64,000 bases of DNA from the NCBI GenBank assembly GCA_973895155.1, contig OZ316891.1:25171899-25235898 (forward strand), written 5' to 3'. This document shows, piece after piece, positions 48,550-59,141 of this stretch (positions are counted from its first letter, which is position 1; each line of letters opens with the position of its first letter). Both the position numbers and the translations under genes were made by a program. Source of the DNA: Marsupella aquatica. Lineage: Eukaryota; Plantae; Marchantiophyta. The notes below the pieces were generated by a model. It saw only the letters and a program-made list of their open reading frames with translations. It was not told where the DNA came from and made no database searches.

Positions 48550-51500
48550 ACAGTACATCTCATACACAAGCTCTGCGAACTAAGCCGTGAGGCCAACTCT
48601 ATTCAGCTCTTAGGCATGAGGAAACATGAATATATACAAGGGTCACTGTATGACTAACCGAGAGCTTCTCTTACTACTTGATCCCAGCCCGGCTGGTGCA
48701 ACTAAAAACTTGCTAAAGAAGAGGCCTTGAGCTCCCCGCTGCCCAGGTATTTATCCTGGTAGTGGATCCGCCTAATTCTTTGCAGCGTAAGCCTAATCTA
48801 CCTAACTGAATCTACCTATGTACAGCGAGACAGAAGTACAAGTGTTGCTCTTACCAGTGGAACCGCAATCCCACTAAGCTAAGTGTCAGGGCCGCCTCCT
48901 GGTCCTGATCCTAATCCTAAACTTAGAGATCTGAGCCCGCCCTGCCCACTCACGCCTCCTCCCTCCACGTCCGCCCTCCTTGAAAGGAGCGGCCCTCCAC
49001 CACCGTCATGGCAGCGGTGTCTGTTCCTCAGTGGACGCCCCCAACGTTTCCTCCTCAGCCATTGCCGTTGGCCCGTCTACTGACAGATTACCTGCCCTTG
49101 ACCGAGTCAACTCTTCATCGGCCTAACTGGGTCCACCCTCGGCTTCGGCCTCGACATCGGTTTTGGCATCAGCTACGGCTTCGGCCTTTGCCAAGGCCTC
49201 AGCATCCCCTTCTTCTAGGGTAGTTGGATCCTCTGCCGTGACCCTGCCTGGGGTCGGTGCTGGGTTTACCTCCTCGGTCACCTCGGTCTGTGGAGCCGCA
49301 TTACTCCTTGACCTAGAAGTTTTCCGCTTCTTCTTCTTCTCTGGTTCGGCAGCTGGTCCCTTCCCCTTCCCACTTACTTCCGGCACTGGTGCAAGTGGCG
49401 CGGCTTGTCCTTTGGTCAGTACCACTCCTGGTAACTTGGTTGCCCCAATTGGAGTTGGGCCTGATGAAGCCAAGCACTTAAATAATGCGACTTGTTTCTT
49501 CAGCCGCTCCGTTTGGTTGTCGGCTCGTTGTTGTAAGTTCTCCAGCCTCCGCGTGCTTTCCTCCAACTCCTCCTACACCTCGTCCAGGTCCTTGCGTGCC
49601 TCCTCCAGTTCTTTCTGGGATTCCTCCAGCTCCCTGTGGGCTTCCTTCAATTCCTTTTTCAAGGTAGCCCTCTCCTCCTGGGTTGCTCTTAGTTCTTTGT
49701 TGAGCTCCGTTACGACCACAGACTCCATTTTATTCATCTTGGCATAAGTCTGGTCGAGCTGGTCGTCTTTCTCCCGTAGGTCGGCCTTGAAGCTGGCCGT
49801 CAGGGACGCAAGCTCCTGCTGCAGCGCAATAATCCCTTGATAGGATTTCCCTAACTCGGCCTCCTTCTGCTCAAGGGCTCCGCGGATATCCTCGAGCTCC
49901 CCCTTCAACGCCCTTTCCCTTCTCTGGGTCTCTGCCATGGCACGGTTGTTGGCTGTTATGTGGGCCTCCTCTGCATCCCTCAGTTCTTGCTTCCACTTCT
50001 CCCACTCCTTGATCGCATCGGCCAACTCTCCTTGGGTCCGCGTCAGTTTATTCTCGATAATCCGGTTATTTGACTGTGCGGTATCTAACTGGCCCTGCAT
50101 GATATTTAGCTCATGTCGCTTAATCCGCAGCTCATCTTGGGCTTTCCTGGCCGCCCTCAGGTCTTCAATTTCGGCTTCCCTTGCCCTAAGCCGACGGATG
50201 ACCTCGTCCTTCTTGCTTCTTTCCAAGGTCATCGCTTCTTCTAATTGGCGTTTCTCCAACATCTCCCTCTGGAAAAAGGGTCCCTGCTCCAACTCCTCCC
50301 CAAAGATGCTGAGCGCCAATTCCCCACACATCTCCCCGTACTCCATGGCTCTATCTTTAGCATAGGTGGAGGAAGTAGAAGTCATCGGCATCATCCATCG
50401 TGGCCTCTACTCCCAAGCCGTCTTGCGTATTTCTTCTAAGGTGGCAAGAGGGTTGCTTCTTTTTTCGGCAAGCCGCCTGATGTCCTCCGACCAATCTCCT
50501 CCTGGTAAATCCTTCTCCCTAGCTAGGGCCGCTTTCTCATCCTCCCTAAGTTGCTCTTGAAATTCCTGTGCCGTCTGCTTTATGCCGTCAAAGCTCGGGG
50601 GAGCAATCTCTGGTGGGGGAGACTCGGGGCTACTCTGCTGGTTGGAGTCCCCTCAGACAACTCTTGGGAGCGTGGGGATGAAGCGACCACAGGTCCTTAC
50701 TCCTGGAACATGATGATCCGACCCGTAGCCGGAGTTATCATTGCTGTAGTCCACCACCTCCTCCTCGGCTTGGACTACCGGCTTCTCCCGCTGTTCTCCT
50801 AGTTTTGTCGTGAACACGGCTTCACCTCTCATCGGTCTTGGTTCCTCCTCCGGTGTCATGAGGTTTCCATCCTAAAGGAGGAATCCTCATGTTTTGTGAA
50901 GGAAGTTGAAACCAATTTTGCTTCTAACTTGGGCAAGTTGACTTGACTTGAGCTAACTTGACCAAGGTGAAGGAGGAAGTAGAGTTATGAGGGTCAAGGT
51001 AGGGATGAGGTCAAGCCTACCCACCCTTGTTACTATTGTGGGGTATGTTTTTCATTTGTGACCAGCGATTAAGTTATCATTTGGCGGATTGGCGGAATGG
51101 AGGTTGCTTGCTCAACAAGCAAGGTATTTAGGGTTTTGGCAACATGGTGACCAGGTTCATTGAATACATGGAGGAGGTGACCAGGTTCAAGGCATGTAAG
51201 AGGGTTTGATCCAAGTGCATCAGTTTTGTGAGATTTGGACCAGATTCAGATTTTTGTGTTAAATGGACCAAATTCAATGTATCTACTTCAACGGTGGATC
51301 TTGGTTTTGGTTAATGGATGGTTTGGATTGAAGGTGGAGATGTGAGTTAGGGCTTGGTGGAGGTCGTGGCTTTTTCAAAAAGGTCGAAGCTCATTTGGTT
51401 TACAAGTTACTAAGGAGGGGTTTTTTGGCTCATTTTTGGCCGTTTGATCTAATTGGTGTGAGATCGAGGGCTGTGATTCAACGAGGATTAAAACCATAAG

Positions 51501-54397
51501 TGGAGGGGCTTGTGGGTGCCCTGGGCCTTCCCACGTGGGTACTAAAGGAGGAAGTTTGAGTGGCCAAGGGTTCGGAAGTTAGATGCTGCTGAAGTGCTGT
51601 CGTTTTGCCATTTTGGAGTGTTAAGTCCCATTTTTAGTTGTAGGAGCGAACCTCTTGAGGGGAGCTTGAGCATGAGGCATGAGTGAAGGGGGAGCCCTCC
51701 TCCTTGGCCATGGCCTTAGGATTTTGAGGGTAGGAGATGTAGAGGCAATTTTGTGAAGAGATAGATGGAGTAGAAGCTTTGAATGTGAAGAGATTGAGTT
51801 TTGTGACGGTTTTTCTAGGGATTTGGAGAGAGGTTTCAAATGTAGGAGAGGCTGACTCAAAGCCTTAGGAAGGAGGTAGGATGTGAGTAGGAAGTATAAG
51901 GAGCTTGCATGAGAGATTGCCCACAAGAAGGCATACTCGAATGTAGGTTTGTTGCTTCAAGTTTTGAGGAGAATGGACTTGTAGGAGATTTTCGAAAGCT
52001 TAGAGGAGATGAGACCTAATCTTGCTGAAGCTTGGGAGTCTTGCATTAGAGATGGCTCACTAAGAAGGCCTACTCTCTTGTAAACTCCTTGACTTGAAGC
52101 TTCGAAAGTAGATTTGGTTGATAGAAGGAAGTATGAGAGAAGGAGACTAGGGTTTTGAAGCTTGGATAGGCTATGGAGGGATTTTGAATGCTTGGTTGAT
52201 GATTAGACTTGGTGATGTTCATTTTTGCTAGGAGGGTCTTGCTTGTGACCCATGTTTTTACTTGGAGACCATGATGCTACATGTGCCTTCTTGCTATGCA
52301 TTTAGAGGAGAGGTATCCTCGTTTTTGAGATGTGTGTTGATGCCTTGCTTTGGCTATGAGTGATGGAATGGTTAGAATGAATGTCTTCATGCCATTTTTG
52401 AATGTTGTTGTGAGCTTGAAGGTGTTTTTGAAAGTAGATGGGTTGGATGAAGGTACTTTTGAAAGTAGTTATTATGCATGAGGGAAGTTGCAAGAGTAAA
52501 GAGTGAAGGCATTTTCGATTGATGGAATGGGTTGTTTGTGGATTGTACTTGGTGGTTCTACTAGAGGAAGGGACTAAGGTCAATTCCATGTTTGTTAAGG
52601 AGTTTGTTGACCAACCCTAGGTCACTTTTTGAAAGTAGTTTTCCATGTTTCAACAGTTGGATGTTTGAATGGTGCATAGAGATGCCTTGCATACCTTTGG
52701 ATGTCCCACTTGTCTTAGCCACAACCAAGAGTGACCCTTAACTTGACCACATTGATGTAAGCTTGAACTTGTGTACCTTAGAGGGTTGCAAGGGATTGTG
52801 TGCAATCAAGTGTTGGAAAAGGAATGGTGACCAATTGAATGTTGGGCTTAGACTTGTGAGGATTACATTGGGAAGCTTGAACTAGTTATTTTGATTGTGA
52901 TTGGATATGAGTATGTAAATGGCTTGAGTTTTGAAAGCATGCTTGCTTGCTTGTGATGATGTGGATGAAAGGTTAGGGTAGATACTTTGTCTTGTTTGCA
53001 ACCGTTTCCTATCTCAAGCAGCCATACACCCTGCGTGTCCCTTGAGGCCCTTTCCCACCTCTTTGCTTATCCTCAGGACACCGGCTCCCGTGTTGATCTC
53101 TTGTTCTCCTTGTCGTGGCCGAGAGCTACGGCCTGCTTCTCCTTGGCTTCGGGACTAGAGGCTCCTACATACATCCGGACTCCCGGCTCGTGTTCCGGCC
53201 TCCTTCTCTCCTTGACTCTAGTAAAGGGGTTTTCCTTTGTAAGCCGGTTTAGGCCAACCTCTGGAGCAGTGTCCTGTATTGTTGCCATTGCCGTTGCCGT
53301 TGCCGTTGCCGTTCTCTTTTCTCTCTCCAGCAATTTCAGCAGATTCTGCATGCCTGGTTACTGCATCGGCAAGTCCTCCGTCCTTGGCCTAAACACCTGC
53401 TCGATTGTAGGACTCTCGGGCGGGTTGGGTTTCTCCATTGCCGGCCTCTGTTCCGGAACCTCCTCGGGTGCCCTTGCCTGTAGGGGAAGTACCGGGGCAA
53501 AGGTCTTACTTCGGGCATACCAACACAATAGCGGCATGTGATAGCCAAGCCGGGACACGCTTCCCTTGCCGATCACCAGCTGTTCCTCCTTCAAGATCTT
53601 CTTTAGTTGAGTGAGGAGGTAACCGTTGTAGTCCCGGCTTGGTTCTGGCCTCTCTGCCAGATAGACCTGTGCCTTGCCGATCTCTGGTCTTGGCCAGTTG
53701 CAATGCATGGTCACCCGCAAGAAATCGATCATCTCACCTATATGCGGGATGGTGCAGGTGTTACGGAAGAAGCCATTCTTTGTTGAAGGCCCTGGAAACG
53801 ACCTGAACTCCGTGTCTGGCAAGGTCTTCCTGGTATCTACCTTGGTCTTATTGCCCATTGGCAAGCCGAACACTTCGGCAATCACCTGGGGAGTGAGATA
53901 GAAATCCTTCCCATACACCCGTGTGGAATTGGTCTCGGACTCCCATGATCCCACGAATTCAAGGAAGTCTGAATTCGGTACCTCCGGCTTCAGCCACGGT
54001 AACCTTACGAAGGCTTCCAAGCCGGATCCGGCCATGAAGCCCTGATATTTCCGAGTCTGCATAGCCGTAAAGCATGCATCCTCCTCCCTTGCAAAGTGTA
54101 ATTGGACCTCCTTGGGGAGGATCGCCGCCCAGCCTTTCCAAGTGTCATCTCTCGTTGGAACGGCGTTGATGGGGTCGACCTCCTCCTCCTTGGCTTCTCT
54201 CTGCCTCCTGCTCTGCTGTTTGGCTGGCTTTTTTGGTGCCGCAGACCTCGTTCTTTTTGCCGGGGTGGCCCCTTCGTTGTTGTTTCCCTTTCTCTTCATC
54301 TCGGCTGCCGTGGATGTCTCTCCTAGCACGGTTGCCTTTGTCCACCCCTCTGTGCTACCCTTCAACTCCCAGTGTATGTCATTGCAGCGTTTGATGG
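48550..54397 (-). mobile_element. Older, diverged family-A LTR: 3'-truncated, interrupted by solo LTR C, and cut at 54397 by a young family-A element
   Basis: Colinear with LTR-A from ACAGTACATCTCATACAC onward. ORF remnants 49123..49566, 49573..50394, 53073..53351 and 53358..54365 match the LTR-A protein. Confidence 0.9.
50854..53080. mobile_element. Solo LTR, family C (2227 bp), 4-bp TSD
   Basis: TGTCATGAGG...CCTCAGGACA termini (9/10 inverted repeat); TSD CCGG (50850-50853, 53081-53084). Excision restores the host frame REP|EEEP. Confidence 0.85.
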
Positions 54398-54512
54398 TGT
54401 GATGCCTAGACAGGAATCACTCGGCCGGTTAAGTGGGTAAAGCAGGAAGGCACCCTAGGAACACCTTAGTATCGTGACAAAACAAGGAAAATATAAACAA
54501 TTAGGGGCAACC

Positions 54513-57500
54513 ATGGAACCCGGGCAGAGGCCGGAGGTAAGGCTGAGGGTGAAAACCCGATTAGGGTTAGGGCGCGTTAAGCGTCGGCGGCTAGGAAGGA
54601 TCAACGGGAAGAAGGACCGGCAGAGGAGAGGGGTAAGGAGCGCTTGCAGGAGATGGTGGCTCATTTGCGAGCACGAACTAGGTAGACGACTAAGGGAGGC
54701 CAACTACTGTCAGCTGCTTAGGCAAGCACTCGGGGAGAGAGTAGATACCGACGATCAACCTAAGGAGGGTATGAGCAACGTCAATCAAGCGGCACATTTC
54801 TGGGGATGCCTGTTCGAACGGGCAACTGAGTACATCAAGACTTACGAGGACGAGGAATCAGAAAGGGCAGCTCGAGAACGGCAGGAGCTCGCTCGATTGT
54901 GGGAGCTGCAGAAGACGGCTTTCTTAGGAGGCGAACTCATCAAGGACGAGTTCCTGTGGACGCCTACTTCCAATCAACTCGACGATCTTCTGTTTTGCAA
55001 AGATAGCGTCGTCGGCATCCGAGAGGCCATCAAGAACTGCAACGACATACACTGGGAATTAAAGGGTAGCACGGAAAGGTGGACCCGGGCAACGGTGCTA
55101 GGAGAAACCTCCACGGCAGCAGAGATGAAGAGGAAGGGAGCCGTCAACGATGAAGCCACCCCGGCAAAAAGAACGAGGTCGGCGGCACCAAAGAAGCCAG
55201 CCGAGCAGCAGAGCAGGAGGCAGGGAGAAGCCAAAGAGGAGGAGGTCGATCCCATCAAGGCCATTCCAACCAGGGATGACACCTGGAAGGGCTGGGCGGC
55301 AACCCTACCGGTGGAGGTGCAACTACATTTTGCACGGGAGGAGGATGCATGCTTTACGGCCATGCAGACCAAGAAGTACCAAGGCTTCATGGCCGGATCC
55401 GGCTTGGAGGCCTTTGTAAGATTACCATGGCTGAAGCCGGAGGTACCGGAGTCAGACCTATTAGAATTCGTGGGGTCATGGGAACCCGAGACCAATTGCA
55501 CGAGGATATATGGGAAGGATTTCTATCTTACTCCCAAGGTAATTGCCGAAGTGTTTGGCCTGCCGATAGGCAATAAGACCAAAGTTGATACCAGGAAGAC
55601 CTTGCCTGACAAGGAGTTCCGGTCGTTCCCCGGGCCATCAACGAAGAATGGCTTCTTCCGGAACACCTGCACCAACCCGCACATAGGAGAGATGATCGAC
55701 TTCTTGCGGGTGACCATGCATTGTAACTTGCCGAGGGCAGAGATCGGCAAGGCACAGGTCTATCTGGCAGAAAGGCCAGACCCAAGCCGGGACTACAACG
55801 GGTACCTCCTCAACCAATTGAAGAAGATCTTAAAGGAGGAGGAGCAGGTAATCGGCATGGGGAGCGTGTCGCGGCTTGGCTATCACATGCCGCTGTTGTG
55901 CCGGTATGCCAGAAGTCAGACTTTTGCCCCGGTACTTCCCCTGCAGGTAAGGGCACCCGAGGAAGCTCCAACGCCGAGGCCGTTGGCTGAGAAGCCTCAA
56001 CCACCTGTTAGTCCTACGATCGAGCAGGTGTTTAGGCCCAGGAAGGAAGACTTGCCGATGCAGCAACCAGGCATGCAGAGTCTGCTAAAACTACTGGAGA
56101 AAGAAAAGAAATCGGCATCGGCAACAACAACGGCAACGGCAACAATGCAGGACACTACTACAGAGGTAGGCCTACACCGGCTCACAAGAGAAAACCCCTT
56201 TGCTGAAGACAAGGAGAGAATCAGGCCGGAATCCAAGCCAGGTGTTCGAATGTACGTGGGAACCTCAAGCTCCGAATCTGAGGCAGAATTGCCTGAAGCT
56301 CCTACCGACGAAGAGGAGAGGGAGAAGCCGGACGTCCAAGAGGTAGAGGAGGCAGTGGAGGACTGCAGCCATGATAATTCCGGCTATGGGTCGGACCATC
56401 ACGTTCCAGGAGTAAGGACCTGTGGCCGGTTTGTCCCCACACTTCCAAGGGTAGTGCGAGGGGACCCCAACCAGCAGAGTAGCCCTGAGTCTCCCCCACC
56501 AGATGTTGCTCCCCCGAGCTTTGACGGCATAAAACAGACGGTGCAGGAATTTCAGGAGCGAATCAAGCAGGAGGAAGAGGCCGCCCTGGCTAAGGAAAAG
56601 GATTTACCAGGAGGAGATTGGCCGGAGGACATCAGGCGGCTAGCCGAAAAAGGAAGCAAACCTCTAGCCACGATTGAAGAGATCCGCAGGACGGCTTGGG
56701 AGCAGAGGCCACGATGGGCGATGCCGATCACTTCTACTTACTCCACCTACGCTAAGAATAGAGCCATGGAGTATGGTGAGATGTGTGGGGAACTTGCGCT
56801 CAGCATCTTTGGAGAGGAGTTGGAGGTAGGACCCTTTTTCCATAGGGAGCAGTTGGAGAAGCACCAATTAGAAGAAGCGGTGGCTTTAGAGAGAAGCAAG
56901 AAGGACGAGGTCATTCGGCGGCTTAGGAGGATGGAAGCCGAGATTGAAGATCTAAGGGCGGCCAAGAAAGCCCAAGATGAACTGCGGATTAAACGACATG
57001 AGCCGAACATCATGCAGGGGCAGTTGGACACCGCGCAGGCTGATAATCAGAATATCAAGGATAAACTGACTCAGACGCAGGAAGAGTTGGCCGACACGAT
57101 CAAAGAGAGGGAGAAGTGGAAGCAAGAGCTGAAGAATACAGAGGAGGCCCACATAACAGCCAACAGCCGGGCCATGGCGGAGACCCAAAGAAAGGAATGG
57201 GCGTTGAAAGGGGAGCTCGAGAAAATCCGCGGAGCCCTTGAGCAGAAGGAGGTCGAGTTAGGGAAATCCTATCAAGGGATTATGGCGCTGCAGCAGGAGC
57301 TTGCGTCCCTGACGGCCAGCTTCAAGGCCGACCTAAGGGAGAAGGACGAGATGCTCGAACAGACTTACGCCAAGATGAACCAGATGGAGTCTGTCATCAT
57401 TGCAGAGCTCGACAAGGAGCTAAGAGCAACCCAGGAGGAGAGGGCTACCTTGAAGAAGGAATTGGAGGAAGCCCACAGGGAGCAGGAGGAGGCCAAAAAC

Positions 57501-58160
57501 GAGCTGGAGGGGGCACGTAAGGACCTGGATGAAACCCAAGAGGAGTTGGAGGAAATCACGAGGAAGATGGAGAACCTACAGCGGCGGGCCGACAACCAAA
57601 CAGAGCGGCTAAAGAAACAAGCCGCAGTATTTAAATGCTTAGCTGCAGCAGGTCCATCTCCCGTAGGGACAAACCAGTTACCAGGGGTGGTAATTGCCGA
57701 AGGACAAGCCGCGTCAACTGCACCAGTGCCGGAAGTAAGTGGGAAGGGGAAGGGACCAGCTGCCGAGCCACCAACGAAGAAGAAGCGGAAACCTTCAGGG
57801 TCAAGGAGTAATACGACTTCACAGGCCGTGGTGATCAAGGAGGTAGACCCAGCACCGACCCCAGACAGGGTCACGGCTAAGGATCCAACTACCCTAGGGG
57901 AAGGGGAGGCCGAAGCCGAGGGAGTGGCTGAAGCCGAAGCCATGGGAGTGGCTGAGGCCGAAGCCATGGGAGTGGCTGAGGCCGAAGCCATGGGTATTGC
58001 CGAGGCCGGTGTCGAGGCTGAAGCCGAAGGTGGACCCAGTCAGGCCGATGGAGAGTTGACTCGGTCAAGGGCAGGTAATCTGTCAGTAGGCGGGCCAACG
58101 GCAGTGGCTGAGGAGGAAGTGTTGGGGGCGTCCATTGAGGATCCACCACCGGTGTCGTGA
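54513..58160 (+). CDS. Intact LTR-A-encoded protein (1215 aa from the first ATG): basic N-terminus, conserved globular domain, acidic/Pro linker, long coiled coil, KKKRK NLS-like motif, AEAE repeats
   Basis: Uninterrupted ORF lying wholly inside the LTR (54398-59072). Confidence 0.88.
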   Translation: MEPGQRPEVRLRVKTRLGLGRVKRRRLGRINGKKDRQRRGVRSACRRWWLICEHELGRRLREANYCQLLRQALGERVDTDDQPKEGMSNVNQAAHFWGCLFERATEYIKTYEDEESERAARERQELARLWELQKTAFLGGELIKDEFLWTPTSNQLDDLLFCKDSVVGIREAIKNCNDIHWELKGSTERWTRATVLGETSTAAEMKRKGAVNDEATPAKRTRSAAPKKPAEQQSRRQGEAKEEEVDPIKAIPTRDDTWKGWAATLPVEVQLHFAREEDACFTAMQTKKYQGFMAGSGLEAFVRLPWLKPEVPESDLLEFVGSWEPETNCTRIYGKDFYLTPKVIAEVFGLPIGNKTKVDTRKTLPDKEFRSFPGPSTKNGFFRNTCTNPHIGEMIDFLRVTMHCNLPRAEIGKAQVYLAERPDPSRDYNGYLLNQLKKILKEEEQVIGMGSVSRLGYHMPLLCRYARSQTFAPVLPLQVRAPEEAPTPRPLAEKPQPPVSPTIEQVFRPRKEDLPMQQPGMQSLLKLLEKEKKSASATTTATATMQDTTTEVGLHRLTRENPFAEDKERIRPESKPGVRMYVGTSSSESEAELPEAPTDEEEREKPDVQEVEEAVEDCSHDNSGYGSDHHVPGVRTCGRFVPTLPRVVRGDPNQQSSPESPPPDVAPPSFDGIKQTVQEFQERIKQEEEAALAKEKDLPGGDWPEDIRRLAEKGSKPLATIEEIRRTAWEQRPRWAMPITSTYSTYAKNRAMEYGEMCGELALSIFGEELEVGPFFHREQLEKHQLEEAVALERSKKDEVIRRLRRMEAEIEDLRAAKKAQDELRIKRHEPNIMQGQLDTAQADNQNIKDKLTQTQEELADTIKEREKWKQELKNTEEAHITANSRAMAETQRKEWALKGELEKIRGALEQKEVELGKSYQGIMALQQELASLTASFKADLREKDEMLEQTYAKMNQMESVIIAELDKELRATQEERATLKKELEEAHREQEEAKNELEGARKDLDETQEELEEITRKMENLQRRADNQTERLKKQAAVFKCLAAAGPSPVGTNQLPGVVIAEGQAASTAPVPEVSGKGKGPAAEPPTKKKRKPSGSRSNTTSQAVVIKEVDPAPTPDRVTAKDPTTLGEGEAEAEGVAEAEAMGVAEAEAMGVAEAEAMGIAEAGVEAEAEGGPSQADGELTRSRAGNLSVGGPTAVAEEEVLGASIEDPPPVS

Positions 58161-59076
58161 CGGTGCAAGGGCGCCGTTCCTTTTAGGGAGGGCGGACGTG
58201 GAGGGAGGAGGCGTGAGTGGGCAGGGCGGGCGCGGATCTCCACGTTTAGGATTAGGATCAGAACCAGGAGCGGCCCTGACACTTAGCTTAGTGGGATTGC
58301 GGTCCCACTGGTAGGAGCAACACTTGTGCTCCTGCCTTGCTGTACATAGGTAGATTCGGGCAAGTAGATTACTGTTAAGTAGATTAGGCTTACGATGCAA
58401 AGAATGGCGGATCCACTACCAGGATAAGTACCTGGGCAGCGGGGAGCTCAGGGCCTCTTCTTTAGCAAGTTTTTAGTTTGCACCAGCCGGGCTGGGATCA
58501 AGTAGTACGAGAAGCTCTCGGTTAGTCATACAGTGACCCTTGTGTATATTCATGTTTCCTCATGCCTAAGAGCTGAATAGAGTTGGCCTCACGGCTTAGT
58601 TCGCAGAACTTGTGTATGAGATGTACTGTTTGTATGGCAAGTGCATGGTATGACTCAGTCAGAATGAGTCATTTTGCTATTTGTGTGTCGCATTAACTTG
58701 TGTGAAGAGTGCCCACATCAACAGAAGGAAGGAAAGTAAGCAGGGGAGTGAGAGTTGGATGTGTCGAGCTGAGAGAGGTCTTAGCGGCTTAACCAAGCCT
58801 ATTGGGGATCATTCCGGCGGCGGAATCCAAACATACCTAACAAGAAGACAGGGGAAGACAGGGGAAGGCCTATATTAGGCCGGCTACGTATCTCATGACC
58901 CGATGAAGGATCTGTCCAGTATATGTGTGTAAAATGTTAATAGTAGTAGTAGAAGGTTAGCAGCGTCCCATGCCGCTAAGCCGCGGAAACGGCCTCGCCA
59001 AGCACGAAACCTGCGGGAATCGGCTTGAGCTGGGGGGTTTCTTGGGTTTAGGGAGCCATGGGACGCACCACATTTT

Positions 59077-59094
59077 TGGCGCTAGATGGAGGGG
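59077..59094 (+). other. Primer-binding site, tRNA-Asn type
   Basis: CA-TTTT-TGGCGCTAGATGGAGGGG directly after the LTR. Confidence 0.75.
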
Positions 59095-59141
59095 GCATTT
59101 CTTAAGCCGTGAGATATGAAGTTAGAACGGAAGCGTAGGTA

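Noticed and set aside
54513-58160. LTR ORF as a retroviral envelope or a host myosin/SMC gene
   Set aside because: No signal peptide or TM segment seen. The coiled-coil likeness is compositional, and the ORF is intronless and confined to LTRs.
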